Source: an uncultured Candidatus Saccharibacteria bacterium (GTDB lineage: Bacteria > Patescibacteriota > Minisyncoccia > UBA6257 > Colwellbacteraceae). From it: a stretch of 64,000 nucleotides of DNA. The stretch covers positions 39,726 to 103,725 of the forward strand of contig CAZXPC010000001.1 of the NCBI GenBank assembly GCA_964643135.1. Direction: 5' to 3'. Positions 9,858-19,334 of this stretch are shown here, one piece after another. The number at the start of each line of letters is the position of its first letter. Positions within the stretch are counted from its first letter, which is position 1. The translations under genes and the position numbers were made by a program. Below the pieces are notes generated by a model that was not told the DNA's origin, did no database searches, and saw nothing but the letters and a program-made list of their open reading frames with translations.

Positions 9858-10499
9858 ATGAAGATCAGATCAGTTGCGCTGACGGCTCTGTTGGCGCTGA
9901 CGATGACGACGCTCATCTGGCCCGCGAACTTGGCGAGCGGCGAAGGCAACTCGACGGCTGGCCAGACGCATACAGGCCACATGAGTGGCACGAACGTGAT
10001 GACTGACCTGCAGCTGCAGGCGATGAACGAAGCCAGACTCGCTACGATCCAGAAGCCCAGCTCGTCTGATTCGGCTCAGGGAGTGCCCGTGGCCGATCTG
10101 CGGAAGGCAACTCAGCAGGACACCTGCGGATCGAAGATCAACCAGCCTGACGATCGGCTACCCCAGGGAGCTGGCCTCGTGAGTAGCAGTAAGGGCTACA
10201 AGGCGGGCGAGCGGACCGCGTGGATGACGATTCCCGAAGGGATGAATCTCTATGCTACGGCTCTCGACAAGCCGTTCTGGATGTTCAGCCGCTACAGCGA
10301 GGAGAGCGTTCTTCCAAACGGCGGACGCAGCTACCAAGACGGCTTCCAGTACAGCCCATGCCATGGTTGGTCCTGGCAGTGGGTTGCGGCCGGCTGGACT
10401 CACCAGATCTACCTGCAGGCTGCCGAGAACAACACGAACTTCTATGTCGTTCTCGTCCCTGATCAACAAGGTACGTGCAGTAACGATTGCGGTGGCTGA
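9858..10499 (+). CDS. orphan secreted protein
   Basis: Signal-peptide-like N-terminus; own promoter TTGACG(9772)-N17-TACGAT; T-tract after the gene. Confidence 0.7.
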   Translation: MKIRSVALTALLALTMTTLIWPANLASGEGNSTAGQTHTGHMSGTNVMTDLQLQAMNEARLATIQKPSSSDSAQGVPVADLRKATQQDTCGSKINQPDDRLPQGAGLVSSSKGYKAGERTAWMTIPEGMNLYATALDKPFWMFSRYSEESVLPNGGRSYQDGFQYSPCHGWSWQWVAAGWTHQIYLQAAENNTNFYVVLVPDQQGTCSNDCGG

Positions 10500-10711
10500 A
10501 GCCAACAACAGTTCTTCGAAGGACTAAGTCCTTCACCCCTATGACGGTTTCCACCAACATGGAAATCTCAAGGGGCTCTTTTTTATTCAGGGCTTGACAG
10601 TATATAAAAGATTGTGTTAACATATCGCCGTTCTTAGAACCTTAAGAAAGACATATTCTGGCTGGCGAAAGGGAGGTAATTACAAGCTTTATCTTACTTT
10701 CGCCCGTCAGG

Positions 10712-11344
10712 ATGGGCATGTGGTATGTTATGAGGACTACGTCGATCGCGATCGCATTCGGAGCGCTCATGCTGCTCGCTGTTATGCCGATGAACACCGC
10801 CAGCGCCGGTATCTCCGCACCGTACGGGGATTGCAAGGTCAGCGACCTGCTGATCTGCGCCGCAGACAGCACGTACAATTGTCCCAGCAACCCGCCCCAG
10901 CAACCCGACAGAAGCGGCGGGATGTATGGCAGGACACAGACACCTGCCAGCGTGCTGATCGGAAGCCAGAACATCCCTACGATCAACAACTGGAACTACG
11001 ACGAATTTCCTGGCATGGTCATCCATATGTTCACGGTCATGTCGACGTGTGGGCACGCAGCTACGGTCTGCACCGTCCCGCCGGCGGGGTATGAAACTGC
11101 CCAGGGAGGCTATTGTATGGGAGTCACGAGGTCGTGGTTCCAGCAAGGCAGTCCAGATTCCTTTTGGTTCCAGGCGCCGACGTCCACTTACTGCCACGCT
11201 TATTACAATGACTGCGTGCCGAGTGAAGCGGTGACGGTTCGGCTCGATGCGAACCTTGAGACGCCTCTTCCAGCAGTCTTGGTCGTAGCTGGAAACCTGA
11301 ATCAGTACTACTACAGCTGCGGCTGCGGTAATGCGGCTCCTTGA
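10712..11344 (+). CDS. orphan secreted Cys-rich protein (start may be 10730)
   Basis: Signal peptide ending ASA, many Cys; upstream TTGACA at 10594 and downstream hairpin plus T-tract. Confidence 0.7.
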   Translation: MGMWYVMRTTSIAIAFGALMLLAVMPMNTASAGISAPYGDCKVSDLLICAADSTYNCPSNPPQQPDRSGGMYGRTQTPASVLIGSQNIPTINNWNYDEFPGMVIHMFTVMSTCGHAATVCTVPPAGYETAQGGYCMGVTRSWFQQGSPDSFWFQAPTSTYCHAYYNDCVPSEAVTVRLDANLETPLPAVLVVAGNLNQYYYSCGCGNAAP

Positions 11345-11380
11345 AGCTCGCACCCAAAAGTCCTGTGAAATATCAGGCAC

Positions 11381-11432
11381 CCCGTCCTAGCGAAACCTAT
11401 CTACATGGGAATCGCTAGGCGGGCTCTTTTTT
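11381..11432 (+). terminator. hairpin plus T-tract, probable intrinsic terminator
   Basis: CCCG.CCTAGCGA...TCGCTAGG.CGGG followed by CTCTTTTTT. Confidence 0.6.
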
Positions 11433-11495
11433 ACTCAAAAATAAATTTCTTGCCAAAAGCTCTGTACGGGTGTAACCATTATAGAGAGGATAAGG

Positions 11496-11738
11496 ATGCC
11501 GGAACCCGCTCAAGAGCTGAAGAGGCTCATCCAAGATCTTGCCAAGGAACTTGGCCCGGAATACAGGATCATTCTGGTGACGCGCAAGGGGGTCCGTCGA
11601 TTCCTCTTCCTTGCGTTCCTAGTCATCTTTGCGGCTTTTGTGCTCGGGCACGTGGCCGGGATGACGCTTGCCCAGAAGGTTTGTGACGGCGGCTGGCTCG
11701 GCGACTTCGCGTACGGTAATTGTCCGCGGAAGCCTTAG
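11496..11738 (+). CDS. small orphan membrane protein
   Basis: One hydrophobic helix; GAGG upstream; followed by GGGCCTTTTTT. Confidence 0.55.
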   Translation: MPEPAQELKRLIQDLAKELGPEYRIILVTRKGVRRFLFLAFLVIFAAFVLGHVAGMTLAQKVCDGGWLGDFAYGNCPRKP

Positions 11739-11857
11739 CGCGGTCGCAAGCCACTCAGGGCACTGCCCCCCCGCTCCAAGATCTGGAACGGGCCTTTTTT
11801 ATTTTTGCTGCGCGGTTTTGATACTTTTGAGTTTTTCATATAATATGGAACTTACTT

Positions 11858-13189
11858 ATGAGAATATTAACGAGGGATCTTATTACTAAGACTGGCGAGA
11901 CGGTTAAAGTTGCCGGCTGGGTCAATGCGCGGCGCGACCAAGGCAAGATTATTTTTATTGATCTTCGGGACAGAAGAGGCATTGTTCAGGTGGTGATGAC
12001 ACCGAAAAATGAGGCGGTTTATACTATTGCCAAAGAATTGCGCGGCGAGTGGGTGATCGAAATCGTGGGCGTGGTTAAAGAACGCCCGGCCGCGATGGTC
12101 AATCCGAACATTGCAACCGGTAAAATAGAAATTCAGGTGAGCGAGCTAAAAGTTTTAGCTAAGGCCGAGCCTTTGCCGTTTGATTTACACGAGCGAGAGT
12201 TAAACCTCGAGCTCACAACTCAGCTCGACCACCGCGCGCTGCTTTTGCGCCACCCGCGCTTACAGGCAATTTTTAAAGTCCAGGCGGTGATTATCGATTC
12301 ATTTAGAGAATTTTTGAAATCGCAAGAATTTGTGGAGTTCCAGGCGCCGTGCATTACGCCGGCCACAGCCGAGGGGGGAGCAGAAGTTTTCCAGATCAAC
12401 TATTTCGATAAAAAGGCATATCTGACGCAATCGCCGCAGCTATATAAACAGATCGTGATGACCACTTTTGAAAGAGTTTTTTCGGTCAATAAAGTTTTCC
12501 GGGCTGAGCCATCGGCTACAACCAGGCACTTGACCGAGATTGTCTCGCTCGACGCCGAGATGGGCTTTATCGAGTCGTGGCAAGATGTGCGTGACATGTC
12601 TGAAGCGACTGTGAGATATGTTTTAAAACAAGTTGGCGAAAAATGTGCCGAAGAACTTAAAATAGTGGGCGCGACACTGCCGGTTATGATAGATAAGACG
12701 CCGACATATTCCTTAACCGAGGCGCAGGAGAAGATCTTCGCCGCAACCGGCAAAGATGTTCGCGGTGAGAAGGATCTGAATCCGGAAGATGAGCGCGCCA
12801 TTTGCGAAATAGTTAAGAAAGAAACCGGCTCCGATTTTGTTTATGTTTATGGCTACCCGACCAAGAAAAAGCCATTTTATGTCTACCCGAATCCGGATAA
12901 GCCGGAGTTCAATGAAGGCATGGACTTACTCTGCCGCGGCGTGGAGTGGCTGTCGGGCGGGCGGCGCGTCAACGATTACGAACAGCTCATGAGGCATGTT
13001 AAAGAGTGGGGCATGGACCCCGCTAAGATCGAGATGTTTTTAGAAGCGTTTCGGTACGGCGCGCCGCCTGAAGGCGGGTTCGCCCTGGGCGCGGAGCGGA
13101 TGACGATGCAAATCTTGGAACTCGCGAACGTGCGTGAAGCCGCGATGTTCCCGCGCGACATGAACAGAATTGATAAATCTCTGAATTGA
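11858..13189 (+). CDS. aspS: aspartate--tRNA ligase, short archaeal-like (probably non-discriminating) type
   Basis: OB fold FIDLRD, YLTQSPQLYKQ, FRAEPS.TTRHL, GGFALGAER, FPRD; 443 aa with no GAD insertion. Confidence 0.9.
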   Translation: MRILTRDLITKTGETVKVAGWVNARRDQGKIIFIDLRDRRGIVQVVMTPKNEAVYTIAKELRGEWVIEIVGVVKERPAAMVNPNIATGKIEIQVSELKVLAKAEPLPFDLHERELNLELTTQLDHRALLLRHPRLQAIFKVQAVIIDSFREFLKSQEFVEFQAPCITPATAEGGAEVFQINYFDKKAYLTQSPQLYKQIVMTTFERVFSVNKVFRAEPSATTRHLTEIVSLDAEMGFIESWQDVRDMSEATVRYVLKQVGEKCAEELKIVGATLPVMIDKTPTYSLTEAQEKIFAATGKDVRGEKDLNPEDERAICEIVKKETGSDFVYVYGYPTKKKPFYVYPNPDKPEFNEGMDLLCRGVEWLSGGRRVNDYEQLMRHVKEWGMDPAKIEMFLEAFRYGAPPEGGFALGAERMTMQILELANVREAAMFPRDMNRIDKSLN

Positions 13190-13227
13190 TGATTAAATAG
13201 GCTAACTCAATTAAAAAATAAAAACAC

Positions 13228-13824
13228 ATGAAGAAAGAAAGGACATTGGTGGTGGTGAAGCCGGACGGAATACAGAGAAGTCTGATAGGAGAAATAATCA
13301 GCCGCTATGAACGCGCCGGCTTGAAGCTTGTCGGCATGAAAATGGTTACCGTTACGCCGGAATTTATTGAAAAGCACTACACGCTCGATCCGAATTGGCG
13401 CCGCGTAACCGGCGAGAAGACGATTGCCTCATACAAGTCTAAAGGCCAAACTCCGCCGTCTGAGGATCCGCTCGCGATTACGGCTGTGATTTTGGCTAAC
13501 CTCAAGAAATATATGTCGGCCGGCCCGGTTGTGGCCATGGTTTGGCAGGGCGTGCACGCAGCCGGCATAATCCGGAAACTGACCGGCGGCACCGAGCCTC
13601 TTTCATCTGACGTCGGTTCGATTCGCGGCGATTACACGATTGATTCGTATCAGCTGGCCGATGTCGACAAACGCGCGGTCCGCAACTTGGTTCACGCTTC
13701 AGGCAACGCCCAAGAAGCCGAGCAGGAGATTAAACACTGGTTCAAACCTGAAGAGTTAATTGACTACCGCTTGATTTCTGACGAAATTCTCTACGACGTA
13801 AACTTGGACGGGATCCTGGAATAG
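13228..13824 (+). CDS. ndk: nucleoside-diphosphate kinase
   Basis: ERTLVVVKPDG, GSIRGDY, RNLVHAS. Confidence 0.95.
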   Translation: MKKERTLVVVKPDGIQRSLIGEIISRYERAGLKLVGMKMVTVTPEFIEKHYTLDPNWRRVTGEKTIASYKSKGQTPPSEDPLAITAVILANLKKYMSAGPVVAMVWQGVHAAGIIRKLTGGTEPLSSDVGSIRGDYTIDSYQLADVDKRAVRNLVHASGNAQEAEQEIKHWFKPEELIDYRLISDEILYDVNLDGILE

Positions 13825-13844
13825 AGATTTGGTATAATATATTT

Positions 13845-13965
13845 AGTCCCACCAATAATAGATTCCGGCTCGCAAATTATAAGGGAGGGCGAACTTGATT
13901 CGAGTCCTTGGACTCTGAACTTAGCCCACCATCATGGCGTTAGCGCCGAGGAATCAGGTGGGATT
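13845..13965 (+). ncRNA. candidate rod-like small RNA (6S-like)
   Basis: TATAAT at 13833; TCCCACC/GGTGGGA, GATTCC/GGAATC, GGGC/GCCC and GAGTCC/GGACTC nest into one long hairpin with an A/U-rich internal bubble. Confidence 0.45.
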
Positions 13966-14001
13966 TGAGGTTATATGAGAGTTAGTTATAGAATATTAGG
14001 G

Positions 14002-15144
14002 ATGTTCAAGAAATTTCTGCCTCAAATTGCGATTGCCTTGGTCGGCGCGGGAGCGCTCGGCGGGTTTTTTGTGTGGAAGAATATTTCTTTGCCGGATTCA
14101 GCTTCGGGCGTCGCCTTGCCCGTGCTTGACTACAGTCATATGCCGATTCTTTCGATCGTCAAGAACGAAGATGTTCTGAGGCCGGCTATAAAACAGCTGG
14201 GCACCAAAGCTCTGATGGCAAAATTAGTAGCGGAATCGAACGGCGGCTCGGCTTTCGATTGTCACCAGGAAGCTCACGCGATCGGGCGGCTGGCTTACGA
14301 GATTTATAAACAATTGGCTTTCGGCGACTGCGATGCTTCGTGCCACTCGGGGTGTTACCACGGCGCGATGGAGCGATTCTTGAACGAAAAAGGGACGGCC
14401 GACCTTGCCGCCAATATCGACTCCGTCTGCAGCTCCTTTAAGACCAGTTTCAGCAATTTTGAGTGTCTGCATGGCGTCGGCCACGGACTCTTAGCCTACG
14501 AAGATTATGATATGCCGTTTGCGATCCAAGAGTGCCAGAAGTTGAAAGATGCTTTCAGCACCGACTCATGTTACGGCGGCATGTTTATGGAAAATATTTT
14601 AACTGCTCAAGGCCTGGGCGCCAGTCAGAAGGTTTTTCATGCCACGAAGTGGGCCAATAAAACCGATCCGCTCTACCCGTGCGATAAGTTGGATCAGACT
14701 AATTACGATTTGCAGTATCAGTGCTATGAGATGCAGACAAGTTGGATGCTCACGATCTACGGTTATGATTTTAAGCCGGTGAAGGCTGAGTGCTTAAAGG
14801 CGCCGCAGAATATGATTCCGGTTTGTTTCAAGAGTTTCGGCCGGGACGCCGCGGGTAATTCCTTGCGCAATCCGGTGACCATGAAATCAACGTGCGGCAT
14901 GGTGCCGGCGGGAGATTATTATGACCAATGCGTAATCGGCGCGGTCAATGTCGTAGTGGATTTTTGGGGGCCGGCTCTGAAGGGTCAGGCGGCTGATTTT
15001 TGTAAAATATTAACCGGTGAAGGGAAAGACACATGTTATTCTACTCTGGCGGGGAGGTTGCCCGGCTTGTTCTCTTCTCATGACGACCAGGCGGCTGCTT
15101 GCGCTACATTTGAGGATAAATATCAAAAATATTGTAAAATTTAA
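14002..15144 (+). CDS. membrane-anchored exported protein with repeated Cys/His motifs
   Basis: N-terminal TM; CHQEAH.IG, CHSGCYHG, CLHGVGHG, CYGGMFMEN. Confidence 0.75.
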   Translation: MFKKFLPQIAIALVGAGALGGFFVWKNISLPDSASGVALPVLDYSHMPILSIVKNEDVLRPAIKQLGTKALMAKLVAESNGGSAFDCHQEAHAIGRLAYEIYKQLAFGDCDASCHSGCYHGAMERFLNEKGTADLAANIDSVCSSFKTSFSNFECLHGVGHGLLAYEDYDMPFAIQECQKLKDAFSTDSCYGGMFMENILTAQGLGASQKVFHATKWANKTDPLYPCDKLDQTNYDLQYQCYEMQTSWMLTIYGYDFKPVKAECLKAPQNMIPVCFKSFGRDAAGNSLRNPVTMKSTCGMVPAGDYYDQCVIGAVNVVVDFWGPALKGQAADFCKILTGEGKDTCYSTLAGRLPGLFSSHDDQAAACATFEDKYQKYCKI

Positions 15145-15146
15145 GA

Positions 15147-15557
15147 ATGAAAGCAAATTTCAAAATCAGCGCGCCGGTTATCTTAGGCCTAATAGTTCTG
15201 TCGGGGATCGGCGTTTATGTTTTTTTCGGCCAGCAATTATTTTCCAATGACTTGGCGTCGGCCAATAGCCAAAGCGCCGCAGTGGTGGTTACTATGAATA
15301 ACGATGCATATAGCTCGACTGATATCACTGTTAAGCAGGGCCAAGCGGTTAAGTTCGTAAATGAGTCAAACGAAGATTATTGGCCGGCTTCAAACATTCA
15401 CCCCGACCACACGATTTACCCGGAGTTCGACCCGAGGAGGCCGGTCCATCCCGGTGAGAGCTGGTCATTTAAATTCGACAAAATTGGCTCATGGCGCTTC
15501 CACGATCACTTACACTATCCAGATATCACGGGCGTCATCAACGTTGAGCCGAATTAG
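15147..15557 (+). CDS. cupredoxin-fold (plastocyanin-like) exported protein
   Basis: TM anchor; ITVKQG..VKFVN, WPASNIHPDH, F.FDKIG.W.FHDHL. Confidence 0.75.
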   Translation: MKANFKISAPVILGLIVLSGIGVYVFFGQQLFSNDLASANSQSAAVVVTMNNDAYSSTDITVKQGQAVKFVNESNEDYWPASNIHPDHTIYPEFDPRRPVHPGESWSFKFDKIGSWRFHDHLHYPDITGVINVEPN

Positions 15558-16144
15558 GCTAATTTCTTCGAGACAACGCTCCAGTCGACGGCCTTCATAA
15601 AAGATTCGATGTAGTCGGCGCGTTTTAGGCCGTAGTCAGTTATGTAGGCGTGTTCAAAAACATCGATTGGCAGAAGTATCTGGCATCCGCCCAAGTGGCC
15701 TAAGTCGTGTTCGTTAATCCAAACATTGAACAATCGGTTAGCATCGGGGTCGTGGTAGAGAATCGCCCAGCCGATGCCGCGCATAGCAGCGGTTGTTTTG
15801 TAGTCGGTTTCCCAAGCTTCATATGAGCCAAAATCTTCAATGATTTTTTTATAGAGCGGAGATGAACTATCGATTGCCATGCCGCCGTTTTTCATCGCGC
15901 CAAAATAGTGCTCGTGGATGCGCATGCCGTTAAATTCCCAGCCGAAGCGGCGCTTTAGTTCGTTATATTCCGGTGACGACGGCGTACCCGCTTTAAGATC
16001 TTTGGATATAGCAGCCAGTTTCTCGAGCAGTGTGTTCACGTTTTTAACGTAGCCCTGATAAAGCGTGAAATGGTTTTTTAGTGCGGCGTCGCTAAAACCG
16101 GGAGTTCCTATTAATGAGTCGTAATTTTTTGGTGAGTATTGCAT
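15554..16144 (-). CDS. Fe/Mn superoxide dismutase family protein
   Basis: NHFTLY.GYV, HEHYF, DVFEHAY. Confidence 0.9.
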   Translation of the reverse strand: MQYSPKNYDSLIGTPGFSDAALKNHFTLYQGYVKNVNTLLEKLAAISKDLKAGTPSSPEYNELKRRFGWEFNGMRIHEHYFGAMKNGGMAIDSSSPLYKKIIEDFGSYEAWETDYKTTAAMRGIGWAILYHDPDANRLFNVWINEHDLGHLGGCQILLPIDVFEHAYITDYGLKRADYIESFMKAVDWSVVSKKLA

Positions 16145-16249
16145 AGGGTTTATAAATTTGCTTTTTATTATACCATTTCTCTTGAAGACGTTCGCCTCAA
16201 AGAAGATTTACAAAAGAGCGGCGCTAAGGCTATAATAATTCAATAATTC

Positions 16250-16912
16250 ATGGCTGAAAAAGAGGAGGCAAAATCTAAGAATCAAGAACCTGCCGCCGCG
16301 GCAAAGAAGAGCAAACCGAAAGTTCCAAAATATCCTTTTACCCGCTGGGGTGCGGCTGTTTTGCATGAACCGACTAAGCCGGTTGAAATGAGTTACCTCA
16401 AAACTGGCGAGTTTCGAGACGTAACTAACCGGATGATTGCCAAACTCAAAGATACGGGCTGGGGATTGGCCGCTAACCAGATCGGTTTGCCGCTCAAAAT
16501 GGCTCTCGTTTGGATCGAACCGATTCCGAAACATCCTGAATTTCAGCCGCTTCCGCCGACATTCTTAATCAATCCAACTATTTTAGAGCGCTCGGAGGAA
16601 TTGCAGTATGGCTGGGAGGGCTGTCTCAGCTGCCCGGGTGTGCGTTTTTATATCCCGCGGCCGGAGTGGATAAAAGTTAAATATACCAATCAGAACGGCG
16701 AAGAAATTCAGGAACAGGTGGAGGGCCTTTGGTCAGTTTTGTATAGCCACGAGATCGACCATCTTTACGGCCGAGTTTGTGGGGAGCGAGTTATGACGGT
16801 TAACGGCGAGGTGGTTCAGGGCGCGATCGTTTCCGACTATGAATATTTCAAAAATCCTAGGAAAGTTCCGATGGGAGCTCTCGGCCTCGTAAAATCAGAA
16901 GAAATTAACTAA
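16250..16912 (+). CDS. def: peptide deformylase 1
   Basis: GLAANQIG, EGCLS, HEIDH. Confidence 0.92.
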   Translation: MAEKEEAKSKNQEPAAAAKKSKPKVPKYPFTRWGAAVLHEPTKPVEMSYLKTGEFRDVTNRMIAKLKDTGWGLAANQIGLPLKMALVWIEPIPKHPEFQPLPPTFLINPTILERSEELQYGWEGCLSCPGVRFYIPRPEWIKVKYTNQNGEEIQEQVEGLWSVLYSHEIDHLYGRVCGERVMTVNGEVVQGAIVSDYEYFKNPRKVPMGALGLVKSEEIN

Positions 16913-16919
16913 ACAAAAA

Positions 16920-17534
16920 ATGGCCGCCAAGAAAAACAAAAGAGGTGACACGATCGGGCGTTTGCCGCAGTGGAATGATGACGTTTTAAGGAATTCCGCC
17001 AACGAAGTCCCTTTGGCCTATCTGAAGACGAGTGAATTTAAGAGTGTGGTCAAAAGAATGTTTTCGATGATTAAGTGGGCGGTCGGTTTAGCCGCCAACC
17101 AGATCGGCGTGCCGCTTCGGATAGCCGTTATTGAGATTAAGAGAACTGCAACTAGGCCGGACATTACGCCTGTTCCTCCGTCGGTGATTGTTAACCCGGT
17201 GATACTTAAATATTCTAAAGAGCTCCAGTACGGCTGGGAGGGTTGCATCAGCATGCCGCGGCCGGGTCTGTTTTTCTTTGTGCCGAGAGCGAAGCGCATC
17301 AAAGTCAGGTATTTTAATGAGAAGGGGGAAAAGGTAACTAAAGAGTTGAATGGGTTTCCGGCTATAGTTTTCCAGCACGAGATCGATCACTTGAATGGCA
17401 AGTTCTGCGGCGAGCAGGTTATGGTTTTAAACGGCCATGTTCCCAAAGGAGCCATTCTTACCAGAAAGGAATATAAGAAGAATCCTCGGCAGATTCCCGA
17501 GGGAGTTAGGCATCTGGTAAAAAAGTTAAATTAA
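16920..17534 (+). CDS. def: peptide deformylase 2
   Basis: GLAANQIG, EGCIS, QHEIDHL. Confidence 0.92.
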   Translation: MAAKKNKRGDTIGRLPQWNDDVLRNSANEVPLAYLKTSEFKSVVKRMFSMIKWAVGLAANQIGVPLRIAVIEIKRTATRPDITPVPPSVIVNPVILKYSKELQYGWEGCISMPRPGLFFFVPRAKRIKVRYFNEKGEKVTKELNGFPAIVFQHEIDHLNGKFCGEQVMVLNGHVPKGAILTRKEYKKNPRQIPEGVRHLVKKLN

Positions 17535-17539
17535 TTTGA

Positions 17540-19300
17540 ATGTTCACGACCGAGCATAAGACCTGTCAGAACTGCCGCCGGTCGTTTGACATAGATGGGG
17601 AAGACTTTGCGTTCTACGAAAAAATGAAAGTTCCGCCGCCAACCTGGTGCCCGGAGTGCCGCATGATCCGGCGCATGGCTTGGTGGAACGAGCGCAATCT
17701 TTTTAAGAAAAAAGATATTGACGGGAAAGTTATTTTCTCGGCTTACCCAGAAGAATCATATTTTAAGATCATCGATCGCGACGAGTGGTGGAAAGACAGC
17801 TTTGATGCTATGCAGTACGGCCGGGATTATGATTTTTCAAAGCCGTTTTTCCCGCAGCTGAAAAAACTGGCGGGCGAGGTGCCGTTTCCTTCGCGAGCTG
17901 GAACCAACTTGGTCAATTGCGACTACTGTAACAATTCCAACAATTCCAAGGATTGTTACATGTGTTTTAATGTCGATGAATGTGAAGATTGCATGTATAT
18001 GGTTTTTGCGAAGAAAAACAAGGACGCGATCGATGGTATTAGCGTTTACCAATGCGAATCTTGCTATGAAACCACGCTCTCGGGCATTAGCTATAAAAAT
18101 AATTTTGCATATCAATCGCCATATTGCCGCGATTCTTATTTTTTAAACTATTCGGATAATTGCAACAATTGTTTCGGTTCAGTAAATTTGCGGCACAAAG
18201 AATATTACATTTGGAACAAGCAGTATTCCAAAGAAGAATACTTTAAAAAGATAGAAGAATTTAATTTGGGTTCCCATGCTGCTCTGGAGAGCCTGAAGAA
18301 TAAATCAAAAGATTTTTTCTTGCGCTTTCCGTATCCATATATAAAAGTGTGGCACAACAGCGGAGTGATTACCGGGGATAATATATTCGAGTCAAAAAAT
18401 ATTAGAGATTCGTTTGCAATCGAAGAGGCTGAGAACCTGCGTTACTGCCAAAGCGCCGTCTTCGGCATCAGGGATTGTTACGACTATACGAATTTCGGCA
18501 ATAACGCCGAACTGATCTACGAATCGGTTGAATGCGGCGAATCGATCAGCAATTTGAAATTTTGTTTCGGCTGCTGGTCCAATTCGCGAAACTTGGAATA
18601 TTGTTTGAATTGCCATTCTTCGGAAGACTGCTTCGGCTGTGTCGGCCTGAAGAAAGCCAAGTACTGCATCTTTAACAAGCAGTATTCAAAGGAAGATTAC
18701 GAGAAACTTCGGGCGCGGATAATTGAGCAAATGAACAAAAACCCCTATCGGGACGCGAAGGGCCGGGTTTATAAATATGGGGAATTTATGCCGCCCGAAA
18801 TGGCGCCTTATGCGGCTAACGAGAGTGTTGTTGTCGACCGAAATCAGTTTGACCAGGATAAGGCGCTGTCTTATGGGCTTCGTTGGCGAGAAGTTGATCC
18901 GGTTGAATATAAGACAACCATTAATGCGGCCGATATGGCGGACCACATTAAAGATGTGTCTGATGGCGTAACTCAAGAACTAATTAGCTGTTTGAATTGC
19001 AAGCGGGCCTATCGAATTCTCCCGAAGGAATTGGATTTCTATCGGAGGTTGAACTTGCCCTTGCCGCGGCGTTGCCCGAATTGTCGTTACGAAGAGCGAA
19101 ACAAACAAAGAAATTACCTAAAACTCTATCCCGGCACGTGCCAGTGCGCCGGCGCGGCGTCAGGGAATAAAGTTTATAAGAATGCCGCCAGACACTTTCA
19201 TGGCGAAGAACCATGCCCGAATAAATTCGAGACAGCTCACGACCCAAAGGCGCAGAGGATTGTTTATTGCTTGGAATGCTACCATAAAGAATTGTTATAG
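17540..19300 (+). CDS. Cys-rich zinc-ribbon/repeat protein typical of CPR
   Basis: Colinear paralog of 384-2141 (shares SSEDCFGCVGLKKAKYCIFNKQYSKE exactly). Confidence 0.75.
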   Translation: MFTTEHKTCQNCRRSFDIDGEDFAFYEKMKVPPPTWCPECRMIRRMAWWNERNLFKKKDIDGKVIFSAYPEESYFKIIDRDEWWKDSFDAMQYGRDYDFSKPFFPQLKKLAGEVPFPSRAGTNLVNCDYCNNSNNSKDCYMCFNVDECEDCMYMVFAKKNKDAIDGISVYQCESCYETTLSGISYKNNFAYQSPYCRDSYFLNYSDNCNNCFGSVNLRHKEYYIWNKQYSKEEYFKKIEEFNLGSHAALESLKNKSKDFFLRFPYPYIKVWHNSGVITGDNIFESKNIRDSFAIEEAENLRYCQSAVFGIRDCYDYTNFGNNAELIYESVECGESISNLKFCFGCWSNSRNLEYCLNCHSSEDCFGCVGLKKAKYCIFNKQYSKEDYEKLRARIIEQMNKNPYRDAKGRVYKYGEFMPPEMAPYAANESVVVDRNQFDQDKALSYGLRWREVDPVEYKTTINAADMADHIKDVSDGVTQELISCLNCKRAYRILPKELDFYRRLNLPLPRRCPNCRYEERNKQRNYLKLYPGTCQCAGAASGNKVYKNAARHFHGEEPCPNKFETAHDPKAQRIVYCLECYHKELL

Positions 19301-19334
19301 AAATTAGGGTATATTTATATTATTATTCGAACCA

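Noticed and set aside
10694-11380. 228-aa minus-strand ORF
   Set aside because: Arg-rich shadow of the signal-peptide-bearing plus-strand gene
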